Assembly (NCBI GenBank): GCA_001687465.1
Contig: LVLI01000283.1
Location: 1 to 55,899, forward strand
DNA from: Halocafeteria seosinensis
Taxonomy: Eukaryota
Reading direction: 5' to 3'
Length of the DNA stretch: 55,899 nt
The translations under genes were made by a program, and so were the position numbers. This document shows, one piece after another, positions 11,505-24,109 of this stretch (its first letter is position 1; each line of letters opens with the position of its first letter). Below the pieces are notes generated by a model. It was not told where the DNA came from. It ran no database searches and was given only the letters and a program-made list of their open reading frames with translations.

Positions 11505-14181
11505 ATGATGAAACGTGGTGGTGGAGGGAGAGTTGGACCCGGTGGACAATATGACGGGAAAGAAAGCGGTGCCAGCGATCAGCAGTATCGGCAGCAACAG
11601 CAATACTCATCAAACATACAACAGCAACAACAACAACAACGAGCCCCCTCTCCAGCGGCAGGAGCTAATGCGGGGCCAACCTTTGAAGATTTGACTATTG
11701 ACGAGTGCCTGAACGACGTGGAGCGGATTGTGCGCTACGCTACTAGTAATATTGCCCTTCAGAGACTGGTGCACGTAAAAATGCTAGCAGAAACAGCCCA
11801 ATCTGTAGGGTTTGAAAAAACCAAAGAAATGCTGTTCCCTCTCTTGGAAACGATTGCCAATGACAACGAATTTGTGCTGCGTCAACATTTTGCGTATCAA
11901 TTGAATGGGCTTGCCCATGTACGTTGGCCTTATCATTACAGCGCTGCTCTTCGAATACCATCTGGACCAAAATCCATTATTTTCTTGTGCAGATGTGTGT
12001 TAACCAAGGAGGCGAAGAAGGATATAATGCAGTGCTCGAAGAGATTCTTCCGTTACTCTCCACCATGGTAGCCGACAGGCAAGCAGAGGTGAGAGCACCC
12101 TAAGCCCTGTCTTTCCCAATGACTTCATCTGCACTTAGGGAGTCTGTTTTTCTTGCAAATTGGATATGCAGGTTCGGATTTCAGCTGGTGAAAGCTTAGT
12201 GTCCGTCGCCAAATATATTTCAGGGGAAGATCTCGGGCCACGAGTTCTAACGATAGTTCTGCAACTTGCTCACGACGACGAAATGGATCTAAGAATGACT
12301 GCAGTAAGTGCCTCATCCCGTCACTGTACTGCTCTTCAGAGAGAAATCAATCCATGAATGGGATGTGTACCTCTCTTCCAGGCTGTTCTATTCAATGCCC
12401 TAGCAGAGGTTCTCGGTCCAGAGCTTTGTCTCCAGTTTGTTATCCCGGAAATAGTCGCACTGGCTGAGGATCCGGTTTTCCGTGTTCGAAAGGCTGCGGC
12501 AATGAATATGGATGCTGTGTGCCGCACCGCAGGTCCTGAGAATGCATTAAAACGCCTTATTCCTGTATTCCAGCAATTAGCCAGAGATGATATCTGGGGT
12601 GTTAGAAAAGCCTGCGCTGAAAGCCTTATGAGCATTTCTCGAAGCATAGACCCACAGGCTCGAGTTACTGAAATTGTGCCAATTTTCGAAAGTTTTATTA
12701 ACGACACATCAAATTGGGTTAGGCACGCTGCTGTCCAACACCTGGGTCCATTCCTCAGCACGCTTCCGAGGAACAAAATATCGTCTCACCTTGTTTCCCA
12801 TTATACGAACATCGCACTTCGGCCACCAACCAGTCGTCAAAGTGGTTTTGATTATGATCAAGAGCTAGTGGCATACTGTGCATTCGCATTCCCTGCCGTT
12901 GCACTGACCCTAGGGAAAGAAAGGTGGTCTGAACTAAGGCCACTCTTTGAGGCGCTATACAGGAATCACCAGAAAAAAGTCCGGAAGCCAATTGCATATT
13001 CTCTCCATGAGATTGCGCGAATCCTCGGCACAGAGAAGGCGGAGAAAGAGCTAACAGATGCTTTTGACATGTACATGCGCGATGTTGACGAGGTTCGTGC
13101 AGGAGTTGTGACTCACCTGGCAGATTTTTTAGAAGCCCTCCCAGAGGGTCCGCGCGAAAGTTATTTGGCTGTTCTCGAGGAAATTCCCCGGGACTCTCCT
13201 CCTCTTAATTGGAGATTTCGTTATCTCCTAGCTTCTCAGTTACAAAAACTAGCTAAAATATTTTCTTCTCCGGCCACCTACAGTGTCGTTGTCCCTTTGG
13301 CATTCACATTGTTACAGGACCCAGTCGCTTGTGTGCGGGAAACTACAGCGGCTGCCTTGGCGCCCGTGCTGCTACGGTTCCGTGAAGCTAAGAGAGAAGA
13401 AAACGACACTGAGGACAGAAGTGAAGAAGACTCGGACCGCAGCATGATGATGGAGAATCTGCTTCAACGACTCAAGGAGTGGGCCAAAGACCGAAGATAT
13501 GGACATCGTCTTAGTTTCATCAAAGTTAATGAGTCTTTGATCAAGGAGTTCCCACAGCATACCTATGAGCACCATTTCATGAAGGAGCTTATAAACTTAA
13601 GTCAAGACCGGGTCAGCAACGTGCGTTTAGGAGTGGCCAAACTACTCAACCGGGTCATGGAAGCTACATATGAGCAAGAAACAGATGACTCAAAGGCTGA
13701 TTCATCTCAAGCGAGCGAAACACAAACCGAACAAGAAGCCTCTCACACCAGCGTTCCACCAAGTGAAGCAGGTGAGCAACATAGGGGTCATGCGGAAGAA
13801 GAAAATGGGAACACCGGTGCTGAAACCGCTGAACCACATGAAGGCGAAAGCAAAGATGCATCGCACATTGGAGTACTACAATCTAATACTTATCGCCGAA
13901 AAGAGAAACAAAACTTCCAATGGTTCTTACAGCATCGAGAGGTGCAAAAAATGTTGGAGAATCTACGCCAGGACAACGACCCTGACGTTCGACGCTTCGT
14001 TGGAGGTGATGTTGAGCAGGTATTAAAGGAGCGGAACCAACGAATTACCGAGGACTTACGGAAGCAACTGATGCAAGCTCATGCTACGACGGACGATGGA
14101 AACAATAGTCAAGATTTAGATGGGGCAATGCAGCAGCAGGAAGCGCGAATCAAAGCTAACCTGGACCAAGGATTACGGTAA
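11505..14181 (+). CDS. PPP4R1: HEAT-repeat Ser/Thr protein phosphatase 4 regulatory subunit 1-like, 4 exons
   Basis: HEAT repeats (DPVFRVRKAAA, DDIWGVRKACAE, NWRFR, DRVSNVR) and the PP4R1-type block YCAFAFPAVALTLGKERW...VRKPIAYSLHEIARILG. Introns ~11919-11992, 12089-12171, 12304-12381. Poly-Q N-terminus. Confidence 0.8.
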
Positions 14182-14274
14182 CGCTCGTATTGTATGGCAG
14201 AACTAATGTACTTCTTCCAGTAATTCAGCGGATTTACGCATGTCACTATGCAGTATTTGTCATTATGTTAGGCT

Positions 14275-17200
14275 CTAGCTGCTAGCTGGACTATCCGCGA
14301 CTGAAAATGACACTGTATACTGCTGATCAAGGCCAGCCATAGAATCACACATCAGGTACAACTGGTATTCGTACTCTCCATGCTCCTCTGGGCTCATGAC
14401 AACGAGAGAATGCTCACATGTTGACAAAGTAATCCGCTTCAACGCCAGCAACTCATTGTTTTCAGTGTCCCCAATAACCAACCACCAACCGAACTGTTTC
14501 TGCTTGGGAAATCGATCCGCACGAACTCGATCCTTGAAAGACTGTTTGTTTTCAAGCCGAATGTCCACGTGCACATCTATTTCCGTTGACGGCAAGACAC
14601 TGTCCTTATGGCGGACAGCTACGTCAAGCCGAGGAAGTGACTTACAGAAACTGATAATTCTCTCTTGCCTCTCCTTGCTGATTTCAGACCTGGATAATGC
14701 CGACTGGAGATTTCCATGTCCAGTATGGATCAGTTCACCCAAAGAAATTCCCGAAAACTCCTCGGACTTTATCTCAGAGACTTCGCACGACTGCAGTGTT
14801 TCCCCACAGAAACCATGCAACATCCCGTTAAGTGCCTTCACCAAACCCATGTTGCATCCCGGCAATTGAAGCACAGTTGAATCAGAAGGCATGCGACCCT
14901 GGACTAGACACTGGTTGAACTCCATAAGTGTCAAAGTATTAGATAAGACACCAATATCTGCCGCGATGTCAATCATCGCAGGCAAGATACGGGCAGTTTG
15001 ATCCAGGACTGACTTGGTATCATTAATATAATCACTAATTGGCAAAGGAATATGAGCCATATGAGATTGAACAAGTAGATACGCTTTCACATGCGGGTCG
15101 TCAAAATTATTGGGATGAATCTTGCAGTAATCCTTCCAGGGGGCTACCTCCGCTAGCTCCGCATTCAGATATTCCTCATTGTGCCTTACAGGGAGCTCAT
15201 CGAACTCCGTGGCTTGACACATAAGGTAGACCAATTGAGCCATAGCAGAATAAAAATTACTCGGCAAGCTCAGTTTTTCTAGTTGCGTTCCGAACCAGGC
15301 CACTGTCTTATAGCTAAGGTAATAAGTAGACCCTATCAACCCCCAGACGGTGGGTTCAACTTCTTCCTCCAAATTCGCATCGCTAAATCCTACGTGGGAC
15401 TGGTCCTTCTCTTCTTCCGCTGGCACCACACAGCCAGCAGCGTTCAGGTCATTAAATACATTCACCACGAGGCGCTTAAGAAACTCCTGGATGCTAGTCT
15501 TGCTTTGGTTTTCTAAGCCATAATACGTAGGGTTTTGCAATAGTCTTCGGAAGAAATAAGTCCAAGAGATATAATCGACGGCATCTTGCATGGTAGTTAT
15601 CGTCGAAGCTGCAATTTCAGCATTAATGTGATCATGCAAATTCAGATGAAGTGAGCTCTCGACTGGGAAGGGCTCGTATAAGAATTTCCTATAGAAATTC
15701 TTCTTTTGCTCCTGAACCATAATGCAAGCTACGCCATGGTTGTCATATTGTGGACGCCCGGCCCTGCCCATCATTTGCAACACATCCGTTACGGGAAAAT
15801 CAACATAGCGTCCCTGCTTCCCGTCAAAATACTCGGTTCCCTTCACGACAACGAGATGGGCCGGCAAATTGACACCCCACGCAAGGGTTGATGTGCAAAC
15901 AAGGATCTGTATTTTTCCACTCTCGAACAGCTCCTCCACAGTTGCGCGGTCTTGCTCCTTCAAACCCGCATGATGAATGCCAATTCCGAAGCCTAAGGTA
16001 TGCTGTAAAGCACCATCTTTCATCCTGGCAGCTAAAGCGTCTGCATCTGCCTCTGCCATGTGCAAAAATTTCTTGGGGTTTTCGTCGGCAGCACACAATG
16101 AGATCAACTCTAGTGCTGTCAATCTGGTTTGCCTCCGCGAGGACACAAAAATCAAGGTCGGTTTTGTGGGACTATATGTTGTAATGGCAGTATACGTTGG
16201 TTTGTTCATGGCAGCCATCCTAGGACAGTAATGTTTTCCTGGGAATCCCTGAATATGGACGTCCATAGGGACCGGACGTACAAACGGACGGAAATTGTAG
16301 AGTCCAACACGTTCGATCCCCAACCAGTCTGCAAGGTCGGTTGCATTCGCCAATGCCGTTGACAGACCGACTAGGCGAATCTGGTTCCCAAGATGACTTG
16401 AAATGTAACGCATACGCGAAACGATGACTTCTAATACTGGTCCACGCTCTTCGCCCAACATATGGATTTCATCCATGATAACCAAACCCACTTTCTTTAC
16501 GTATGGTCGCTTCTGCCAACTGCGACTAATGCTATCCCATTTTTCAGGGGTAGTTACCACAATATTTGCCTCCTTCAACGATTTCAAGTCAGGAGCATGA
16601 TCACCCGTAAGCTCAACAATTTTGTACCCAAGCAAATCAGTAAATTTTCGCCTCCAATCCTTTAATCGTTCACTTGTCAATGCTTTCAGAGGTCCGACAT
16701 ACACCGCTTTCTGCTTTGGATAGCAAGATAACAACCTCAAGACAGCGAGCTCTGCCCCCACCGTCTTACCACTACCCGTCGGAGCCCCAAGCAACATATT
16801 ATGATCAGTGTGGTATGCCACATGGAAAACTTGCGTTTGAATTGGGTTAAAATGAGTATAGGAGTAGAGTTTCTCGAATTGCTCGTTTTGCAATGCAGTT
16901 ACAGGTAACGGTTGCAGGTCCAGTAGATCAGTATGTGGAGGATGTCGGTCGGGAAGGATGAGCTTCCTGAACGGCATTTCGACCAAGTCTTCCACTCCGA
17001 CCCATCGATCATTCAAAATCCGTACCCAATATTGAGGAGGGATGGGCTCAAATATGGGAATCGAAAACGTCAGTGTTTGCACTTCCTCACTTTTGGCCTG
17101 TTTCTTACTCAGCAGGAAATATTCATAGTGGAATATCTGCTCACTATTCGTGTCCTCTACCCAAATGTACCATGGTTCGACGTTTCCGTGGATTTTATCG

Positions 17201-20200
17201 TTCCATTGGAAGTCTGGTGCAATGGTAAGCGTCACCCGGAGAATTCCCCTGGTCACAGGCTGAACCTTGACGTCCACATCCAACTTTGGAACCTGTCTTA
17301 CCAGTCTGGATACCTTTGGCCCTGCAGCTGGGTGTCGCAGCATCGCACCAATTTCCGAGGACTGCATATCCCGAAGCGAATCTAGTGTTGCGGCTGTGCC
17401 CCGACTTTCCAGCTTATATAGAATATCAGGATTGAGGAGCTCAAATTGTCTCAAGGGAGAATCCATCCACCAGCATCTTTTATCCACACTCTTGCAAAGC
17501 GACAGTAGCTGACTAGCCAAAGTACACCAGCCCTTGCGAAGCGCTATTTCAAACAGTCCTCGCGCTATACGTCCTGCAGATTGGTTGATGTATGAAGTGT
17601 CTGATATTAACGTAAAGCTCTTGAGTGGAATGCGGCTAATGTAGCTTTGCAATAGCACGTTGACTTTTGTCGGAATGTCTGCGGGGTCGCCTTTTACAGG
17701 GATCCGGCACACGGGCTTCAATTTATCCAGTTCTCCCAATTCTTCATCCCGAACTTTCAGCGGGCGAAACTCGGCGGCGTGGCACACTAAGTCAACAACA
17801 TGTTGCTCATTCAGCGGACCAACATCATTGCCGGCTCCCATTCCACTCTTGTGATCCTTTCCCAGCCGTTCGTTAAAGATTTCAACACTCTCATGAGTAA
17901 TGTAGAAATGAGAAGCCACTCTTCCGAGGTCAGTAGCGGCTACGTTACCACTCTCCACATTGTATCGTATCATACGACATTCATCCAAACGCTTTGCAGC
18001 TTCATTGATAAGTTCTGCCCGCTTGCCTTCCAGCATTGGGTCCTTCCTAAACTCATCAAAGTTAATCCCATATGCTCGAGGATTCCTTAGCATTCTTACG
18101 AACAAAAATGTGTAAGACAACCACACGATTGCCTCCCTCACGTTTACAACACTTCCTCCAACAATTTCCGCATTCAAATGGTCTGGAATAGCCTTTATCA
18201 ATCTACTTTCAATCGGCATCCGATGAGTCAAAAGGGAGAGATAATGGCTTAACTTATCATGGGTAGTGATGATTATTCCACGTCCTTGTGTGTCAAACTG
18301 AGGCCTGCCAGCTCTCCCGAATATTTGCATGACGTCGAGCAACCCCAAATCGGTGAATCCGCCGGCCTCACTATTGTAAACCTGTGTCCCTTTGATGATA
18401 ACTGTATGCGCAGGCAAGTTCACCCCCCAAGCAAGAGTGGCGGTGCAAACCAAAATCTTTACCGCCCCTGCAGAAAAAAGCTGCTCTTCTAGACTCCGGT
18501 CAGACCTTAGCATTCCTGCGTGATGCATGCCAAGGCCATATTGGAAGAGTTCGCGAACATCCTTATTGCGGCTTTTTTCAACTTTGTGTCCTAATGCTCG
18601 GAATTTTCCCTTTAAATCGTTTGATGTGAACTTGCTTACGTCCACATCATTTTCTTCGCCATTGTCATCGCCCCCAAGGCCGTTTTGTTGTAGAAACGGT
18701 GACAACAGAGGCAACTCATGTCGATTACGTGCTAGATCGATCAATTCTTTGGCAGTATTTGCCGTATCTTTTCGACTATGAACGAATACCATGGCTTGTT
18801 TTCCCTGCTTGACAGCTTCAATTGCTTTAGTGTAGGCTATAAGATTCATATAGTTCAACTTCTTCAGGGAATTGTGTTCAGTGATACCGACAAACTGTTG
18901 TTCAAGAGGAACCGGCCGATAGGCATTTCCGAAGTGGAACAAACCATGTTCGGGATTTACACGAAGGAATAGCGATACATCCTTGTAATTGGGTAGGGTG
19001 GCTGAGAGACCAACAATCCGGACAGCCTTCTGACTCATTTCCATCAAGCGAAGTGTTCGTGCAACAATACTTTCGATGACAGCACCACGACTGTCAGCTA
19101 GCAGGTGCACCTCGTCTATTATCAGTAGTTTCACCAGTTCAACTACACTCCCTTCTCCAGCCTTCCTTGTGATAACATCCCACTTTTCGGGAGTGGTCAC
19201 AATAATCTGAGTTGCAGAGATTTCCGCCCTCGTTAACTGCATGTCTCCTGTTAACTCTCTTACGGTGATGCCCAGGCAGCTAAGACGAGACTGAAACTTC
19301 GCGACAATCTCTTGGGCCAACGCTTTCATAGGGGCTACATAGACAATTTTGAACGTATTTCGCTGAATTATGCCAGCAACAGAATGTTGGGCAATGGTTC
19401 TGAGGATAGTCAGTAGAGCTACGTTAGTTTTACCAGCCCCAGTGGGAGCACACACCAACATGTTTTCGTTACTGCGATATCCAGTGTTAAAAACGGCAGA
19501 CTGAAGGTGATTCAACTGTACAATATCAGAGAAAACCATCTTCGAATACTCGTCAAGGTTTTCGATTTGTATCAGCGGGATATTCTCTTTACTCGGATCC
19601 CTCAGAGTTGCAGGAACATGAACCTCTTTCCATTTTTCGTGCTGGACAACCTCCGCATTTGCGGGCAGGGCTTTCTTATGGCCGCTAGAGTCAAGCATGG
19701 TTAATCCTTGTTCCTCAAAATCGCTGGTAGAGGCCATGGGCAATCCAAAGTCTGCAGCTGTAGCACCGGAGCGCAGCGTTCCGTTCTGCAGGCCTAGAGC
19801 TCGTTCTTGTTCCAAATATTCGGGATCGAACCCTGCTTCGTACAAATAATCTTCCGAGACACCATACTTTCTTGCTAATTTTTTCCTTCGTTTAATCAGT
19901 GCTTTATCCTTACTAGTTTGAACGGTGACACTTCCGCCCGGTTGTGGCCGATACACTGGCCGAAGGCTGGCTGTATGACCATCGTTTTTGTCGTTACCAT
20001 CGGCTACCATAGCGTCTTGTAGGTTCTTCAACGAGTTAGTATCAAAATGAACAATACGGTCCCGGTTGGTCAAGATTTCTTGCATGAAAGCTATGCTATC
20101 TTCTCCAAGTAAATCAAAGAGGGCGCCCTGCAAACTAACTTCATCCTGTTTATAGTCTTTAACAAGGTTAATTATCTGGGCAGCCAAATTTTCTGCGGGA

Positions 20201-21222
20201 AGTCCTTGAGAATTGCTTGTGTGTTGAGCACATGACCATAGAAGAGACGCGTCCGAATATTCTCCTAATGATTCATGCTGGCGGTCGGTACCTGTCTGGG
20301 CCCACTCTTTGTTGTGTCCTTGGGGCTCGCTGCTAGTCATACTGCGCAAGCCATCCAACACATCTGGCAACTGAAAGCGCGTGGAAGCTTCATCAGGAAC
20401 CACAGAGGGAATTAGAAATAGTTTTTTTGCGGTGTTGTTTCCTCGCTGTCCTGGCATCGATGGCAGAGTAGCATGTCTTAGGTTTCGCAGTAAAGAAGTC
20501 AAGGGAGGCTCGATATGAGATTGCCATGCATCCGCAGAAACACCTAAATGAAATTGCATAGCAATCTCCTGACGAGCGCTCCCCAAGTTCCTCGATGACG
20601 GTCCCTGCTTGTCGCCATTTTGTCCGTCCATATGTGACCCAGACGACTTTGGCATGAGTACTCTGAGCATGTACCCGGCAAGGCTCTTGATTCCCTGACT
20701 GCTCAGATGGGGCCCATACGCCGATGCGATCCCATGGAGCAATTCTCGCGCATACTTTCGGATATCTTTGCCAACGGAGGCCTTCTTGGTATCACTCGTA
20801 CTGCTGTTCCCAACATACTCCATAATGTCATCCCAATACTTGACGTATTCGTCTTGATTCTCCCCTTCCGTGGGGTGTTTCGTTCCCGTTCCACGCATAC
20901 TCACTGATTGCAGCTCATTGAACGTATTTCGTTCCAAAAGTCTCTGTCGGGCCTCATACAACTTCTCCTCCATCCAACACGTGCTCAGCACTTCCTGTGG
21001 AGAATTCCTCTCTGACGCCCCTCCTCCGGCAGCAGCTGCTGCTCCTCCATTCCCTTTCGTTGAGGAGTGCTGTCCCGATAATAAGTGGTATTGGACATCA
21101 CCCACCACTCCGGGACTCTTTTTTGGTGTGGGAGATCGTCCTGTCCGTGAAGAGGCCCTGTAATGGAAAGCCTGGAGCTTCTCCTCCTCCAAGGACCGAA
21201 TCACAGACCCAATTCGTGGCAT
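14275..21222 (-). CDS. ASCC3: Activating signal cointegrator 1 complex subunit 3 (Ski2-like tandem helicase, Slh1/ASCC3), intronless
   Basis: Two helicase+Sec63 cassettes (APTGAGKT/DEVH/GRAGRPQFD and APTGSGKT/DEIH/GRAGRPQYD). The HIQGFPGKHYCPRMAAMNKP motif fits ASCC3 rather than BRR2. Confidence 0.93.
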   Translation of the reverse strand: MPRIGSVIRSLEEEKLQAFHYRASSRTGRSPTPKKSPGVVGDVQYHLLSGQHSSTKGNGGAAAAAGGGASERNSPQEVLSTCWMEEKLYEARQRLLERNTFNELQSVSMRGTGTKHPTEGENQDEYVKYWDDIMEYVGNSSTSDTKKASVGKDIRKYARELLHGIASAYGPHLSSQGIKSLAGYMLRVLMPKSSGSHMDGQNGDKQGPSSRNLGSARQEIAMQFHLGVSADAWQSHIEPPLTSLLRNLRHATLPSMPGQRGNNTAKKLFLIPSVVPDEASTRFQLPDVLDGLRSMTSSEPQGHNKEWAQTGTDRQHESLGEYSDASLLWSCAQHTSNSQGLPAENLAAQIINLVKDYKQDEVSLQGALFDLLGEDSIAFMQEILTNRDRIVHFDTNSLKNLQDAMVADGNDKNDGHTASLRPVYRPQPGGSVTVQTSKDKALIKRRKKLARKYGVSEDYLYEAGFDPEYLEQERALGLQNGTLRSGATAADFGLPMASTSDFEEQGLTMLDSSGHKKALPANAEVVQHEKWKEVHVPATLRDPSKENIPLIQIENLDEYSKMVFSDIVQLNHLQSAVFNTGYRSNENMLVCAPTGAGKTNVALLTILRTIAQHSVAGIIQRNTFKIVYVAPMKALAQEIVAKFQSRLSCLGITVRELTGDMQLTRAEISATQIIVTTPEKWDVITRKAGEGSVVELVKLLIIDEVHLLADSRGAVIESIVARTLRLMEMSQKAVRIVGLSATLPNYKDVSLFLRVNPEHGLFHFGNAYRPVPLEQQFVGITEHNSLKKLNYMNLIAYTKAIEAVKQGKQAMVFVHSRKDTANTAKELIDLARNRHELPLLSPFLQQNGLGGDDNGEENDVDVSKFTSNDLKGKFRALGHKVEKSRNKDVRELFQYGLGMHHAGMLRSDRSLEEQLFSAGAVKILVCTATLAWGVNLPAHTVIIKGTQVYNSEAGGFTDLGLLDVMQIFGRAGRPQFDTQGRGIIITTHDKLSHYLSLLTHRMPIESRLIKAIPDHLNAEIVGGSVVNVREAIVWLSYTFLFVRMLRNPRAYGINFDEFRKDPMLEGKRAELINEAAKRLDECRMIRYNVESGNVAATDLGRVASHFYITHESVEIFNERLGKDHKSGMGAGNDVGPLNEQHVVDLVCHAAEFRPLKVRDEELGELDKLKPVCRIPVKGDPADIPTKVNVLLQSYISRIPLKSFTLISDTSYINQSAGRIARGLFEIALRKGWCTLASQLLSLCKSVDKRCWWMDSPLRQFELLNPDILYKLESRGTAATLDSLRDMQSSEIGAMLRHPAAGPKVSRLVRQVPKLDVDVKVQPVTRGILRVTLTIAPDFQWNDKIHGNVEPWYIWVEDTNSEQIFHYEYFLLSKKQAKSEEVQTLTFSIPIFEPIPPQYWVRILNDRWVGVEDLVEMPFRKLILPDRHPPHTDLLDLQPLPVTALQNEQFEKLYSYTHFNPIQTQVFHVAYHTDHNMLLGAPTGSGKTVGAELAVLRLLSCYPKQKAVYVGPLKALTSERLKDWRRKFTDLLGYKIVELTGDHAPDLKSLKEANIVVTTPEKWDSISRSWQKRPYVKKVGLVIMDEIHMLGEERGPVLEVIVSRMRYISSHLGNQIRLVGLSTALANATDLADWLGIERVGLYNFRPFVRPVPMDVHIQGFPGKHYCPRMAAMNKPTYTAITTYSPTKPTLIFVSSRRQTRLTALELISLCAADENPKKFLHMAEADADALAARMKDGALQHTLGFGIGIHHAGLKEQDRATVEELFESGKIQILVCTSTLAWGVNLPAHLVVVKGTEYFDGKQGRYVDFPVTDVLQMMGRAGRPQYDNHGVACIMVQEQKKNFYRKFLYEPFPVESSLHLNLHDHINAEIAASTITTMQDAVDYISWTYFFRRLLQNPTYYGLENQSKTSIQEFLKRLVVNVFNDLNAAGCVVPAEEEKDQSHVGFSDANLEEEVEPTVWGLIGSTYYLSYKTVAWFGTQLEKLSLPSNFYSAMAQLVYLMCQATEFDELPVRHNEEYLNAELAEVAPWKDYCKIHPNNFDDPHVKAYLLVQSHMAHIPLPISDYINDTKSVLDQTARILPAMIDIAADIGVLSNTLTLMEFNQCLVQGRMPSDSTVLQLPGCNMGLVKALNGMLHGFCGETLQSCEVSEIKSEEFSGISLGELIHTGHGNLQSALSRSEISKERQERIISFCKSLPRLDVAVRHKDSVLPSTEIDVHVDIRLENKQSFKDRVRADRFPKQKQFGWWLVIGDTENNELLALKRITLSTCEHSLVVMSPEEHGEYEYQLYLMCDSMAGLDQQYTVSFSVADSPASS

Positions 21223-21483
21223 GCTCCTTTCTTACACTTTCAAGCTATATATGTCTATCATCCATCTATCAGTTACAATCTTCTAAGGAAAAGAACGAGC
21301 AACACAATAGCTGCACACTTTTTCTTCTTGTCTCGAGGCGAGTCTGGCGGTACACTTCACAGAAGCCAAAGAACGACACGTTACAAAGAGATATGTGGTG
21401 AATGAGAAAGAGGGTAAAATACGACACAAGCTTCTGATTTTTCCAACAGTGTCCATTTGTGTAGGTCGCGATTATGTAGTCCC

Positions 21484-24109
21484 TCAATTGGCTGCAGGAG
21501 GAACCGAATGACGACAGGTGGGACACTCGAGTTTGACGTCCAACCATCGTTGTAAACACTCAGCATGAAATAGATGGTTACATGGAGTTACCATGTAGTC
21601 TTGACGCCGTAAGGGGCGTTCGATTTCACACATACATATCAAGCACTGCAGCTCTCCGCCTTCACCTGCTTCAAGGTCGGGAGAATCAACAACGACATCA
21701 GTGTCATCTCCTTGTCCATCAGGCTCTTCAACCCTTGTGTAACCACGCGAGCCGGAAGCATGCCTGCGTTCCTGCAGATCCGAATATACACGCTGACAGT
21801 AGCTCCGAATAGAATGATATCGTCGTCTGCAGGGATGTGTTATAGTCAAGCAAATTCTCTTGAATGTACCTACACCTTCATACGATTCAGAGGTGCTGTC
21901 TTCGTCGGAGGCATTGAGAGGCACTGCAGGATATGTTGCTGTCGGTACAACTCTTCCCCCTTGAACTGTAATGGGCCTATGATAGTCGTACTCTTGAGGG
22001 AGCAACACTTTAGGTATAAAAAAGCGGGCTCCATAGTGGCGTTGAAGAAGTAGCATAGCAACCTGAATAGACGTCCACGCCACCAACGATATCGAAAAAG
22101 CAATGTGATTACCAGCCGTCGGAATGTATGCCCGTAGAAAGTTGTAGGGGCATCCTAAGAAGTACAAGGGCATGAAGAGTCTCGTCACACTAATGGCTAT
22201 AATGTACCGCACCGTATACCCATCAGCCTGCCCTTGCTCAATGTTGTGTAACACCTGTGGTACCCAGTAGCTGCTCATCAAAAAGATCAAAACCTCCAAA
22301 TTGTCAATGAAGACGTAAGTCAACAATATAGCAGTCAACAGGCCTGAATAAAATCGGAGATACAATTTTCCGAGGGAACGTCTCAAAGCAGCAGTTCCTT
22401 GAGAGAATCCTTCGGGATGTCTCGCTTTCCATATCATCATCATTAAGCGTAATTCCAAAACCGAGAACTGAAGCAGCTTTAGAAAAGCTAATGTCAGGAA
22501 CGCTGAGAACAATGCTTCTCGGAGGAGTCCTACTAGGAGAAACATAAGCGTGATATAAGCATCAATGACACCGTTCATTCCCAACGAAAACAGCGACATT
22601 CTCATGGCTGAGGCTTGAGCAGACGCGCAGATAATTAACTGCTGCAACTGCAGTACCATCTGCGTCAGCGTGCAGCCCATTTCCAGCAGAGCATAAGTGA
22701 CAGCCTTGGATTCTACGGCGTATCGATCAATAATCAAAGCAGAAGACGTAAAGTTCATTACGGATAGACGTTCCAGTTTCGCCTTGGCACCGGGGAACTT
22801 GATAGGTTCTGACACAGTACTGTTCTTCTTGGGCTTAGTCCGTCTGGTTACACAATTGGGGCTTAGTACTTGGCCCCGGATTTGCCGAATGCCAGGACCT
22901 ATGCCCCCAATACCATCGTACGAATGAAAGGACGGAACCGACATATTCAAGGCTTTGTCAATATCAATCCGCTTGACATCGTGCGGGATATCTTTTACAT
23001 CGTCACGATACGCCTTCTCTGATGAATGAGAAATCCTCGACCCGAGAATTCCACGGACAACAATAGCACACTGAGATCCACTGGTAGCTCTGAATAGATC
23101 TTCCAGTGGATCTCTGCTGGTGCTGAGACCTCTCGGCGAAGTGAATCGCCTCTCCAAAAGTCGTTTCTTGGATTTCTTAGGAGGCTTCATGTCGGAGATA
23201 TTTTTGTTCGGTCCCAGCAACACCATCCGAAAATCTGTAGGCGAATATGCTAAAGTTATTTCCCCCGTAGGGACTACGTATAATCCACGCAAATAGGGTA
23301 CATCATGATATCTTCCACTCCCGTGCTTTCCATCCTCCATGCGCATGCTACCCGCGACAGCTAACACTCCATTAAGCCCACTTGGATAGCTTGTCAATCT
23401 GACAAGTATGGGGCCTTTCTTCCGTGAAGCAAATGTAGGAGGGAACGTCCACGATGGCAATGGTGCACTGAAGGCCACACCAATGCTGAAAGAACAAGCA
23501 CATGATTATTTGTAATGCTATTTTATCTGCGTGGATCATCTTCCTACTTGGCTTACCTTATATTGCCGATGCCAAACTTTGCTTTATGAGCATCGTCCGA
23601 CATAGTCCATGAGCCTGTTTGTAACAACAAAACCGAGATGACCTTGTCTAGTGCCGCGTTTGTCTAGCGGACAATCCGGATAACTTACCCCTGTACGTCC
23701 CTGTAACATTCGATGGGAAATTTGCCTTCGTGTTCTTCTTCGCATTCGAAAGAATATCTGCGATAGAAGAATTCTTCAATTTTTGATTATTGACTTTAGT
23801 CTCCCATGGTCGATGTATCGGGTCGGGCTTTGGCTTTGAGTCGGAAGGATGCTGTCTATGGCCACTTGTATCGGGATCGGAAAGCAAGAATGCTAACGCG
23901 CAGAGCCCGATAAGCATCACCAAGATACGTCGCCTTTGCTCCGCTTGATGGTTTTGATCCCCGGGAGTATCCTGATGAATATGGTCGTCATCCTCATCTT
24001 CATCATTATGATGCTGAGGAGGAACTGTGGGTCCAGGTCCGCCTCGAGCGTTCGTGTCGTCTTCTGGATGATTCGATCCATTATCGCTTCTTCCACCCCG
24101 CGGATCCAT
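21484..24109 (-). CDS. TUL1: Transmembrane RING-H2 E3 ubiquitin ligase, Tul1/Dsc1/FLY-like, 3 exons
   Basis: N-terminal TM and lumenal NVTGTYRG motif. Multi-TM block (SSYWVPQV, TRLFMPLYFLGCPYNF, LLQRHYGARFFIP..LP..YDYHR) and C-terminal CLICM...YMVTPCNHLFHAECLQRWLDVKLECPTCR. Two short introns between ~23690 and ~23490. Confidence 0.85.

Noticed and set aside
10959..11603. 214-aa minus-strand ORF with hydrophobic start
   Set aside because: Antisense to the poly-Q start of PPP4R1 and the divergent promoter; the hydrophobicity is a by-product of CAG/CAA repeats.
11505..14181. PP2A scaffold subunit A assignment
   Set aside because: The CAFAFPAVALTLG..RW and SLHEIARILG blocks fit PP4R1 better.
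14275..21222. BRR2/SNRNP200 assignment
   Set aside because: The second cassette has intact motifs and the GFPGKHYCPRM signature, which fit ASCC3.
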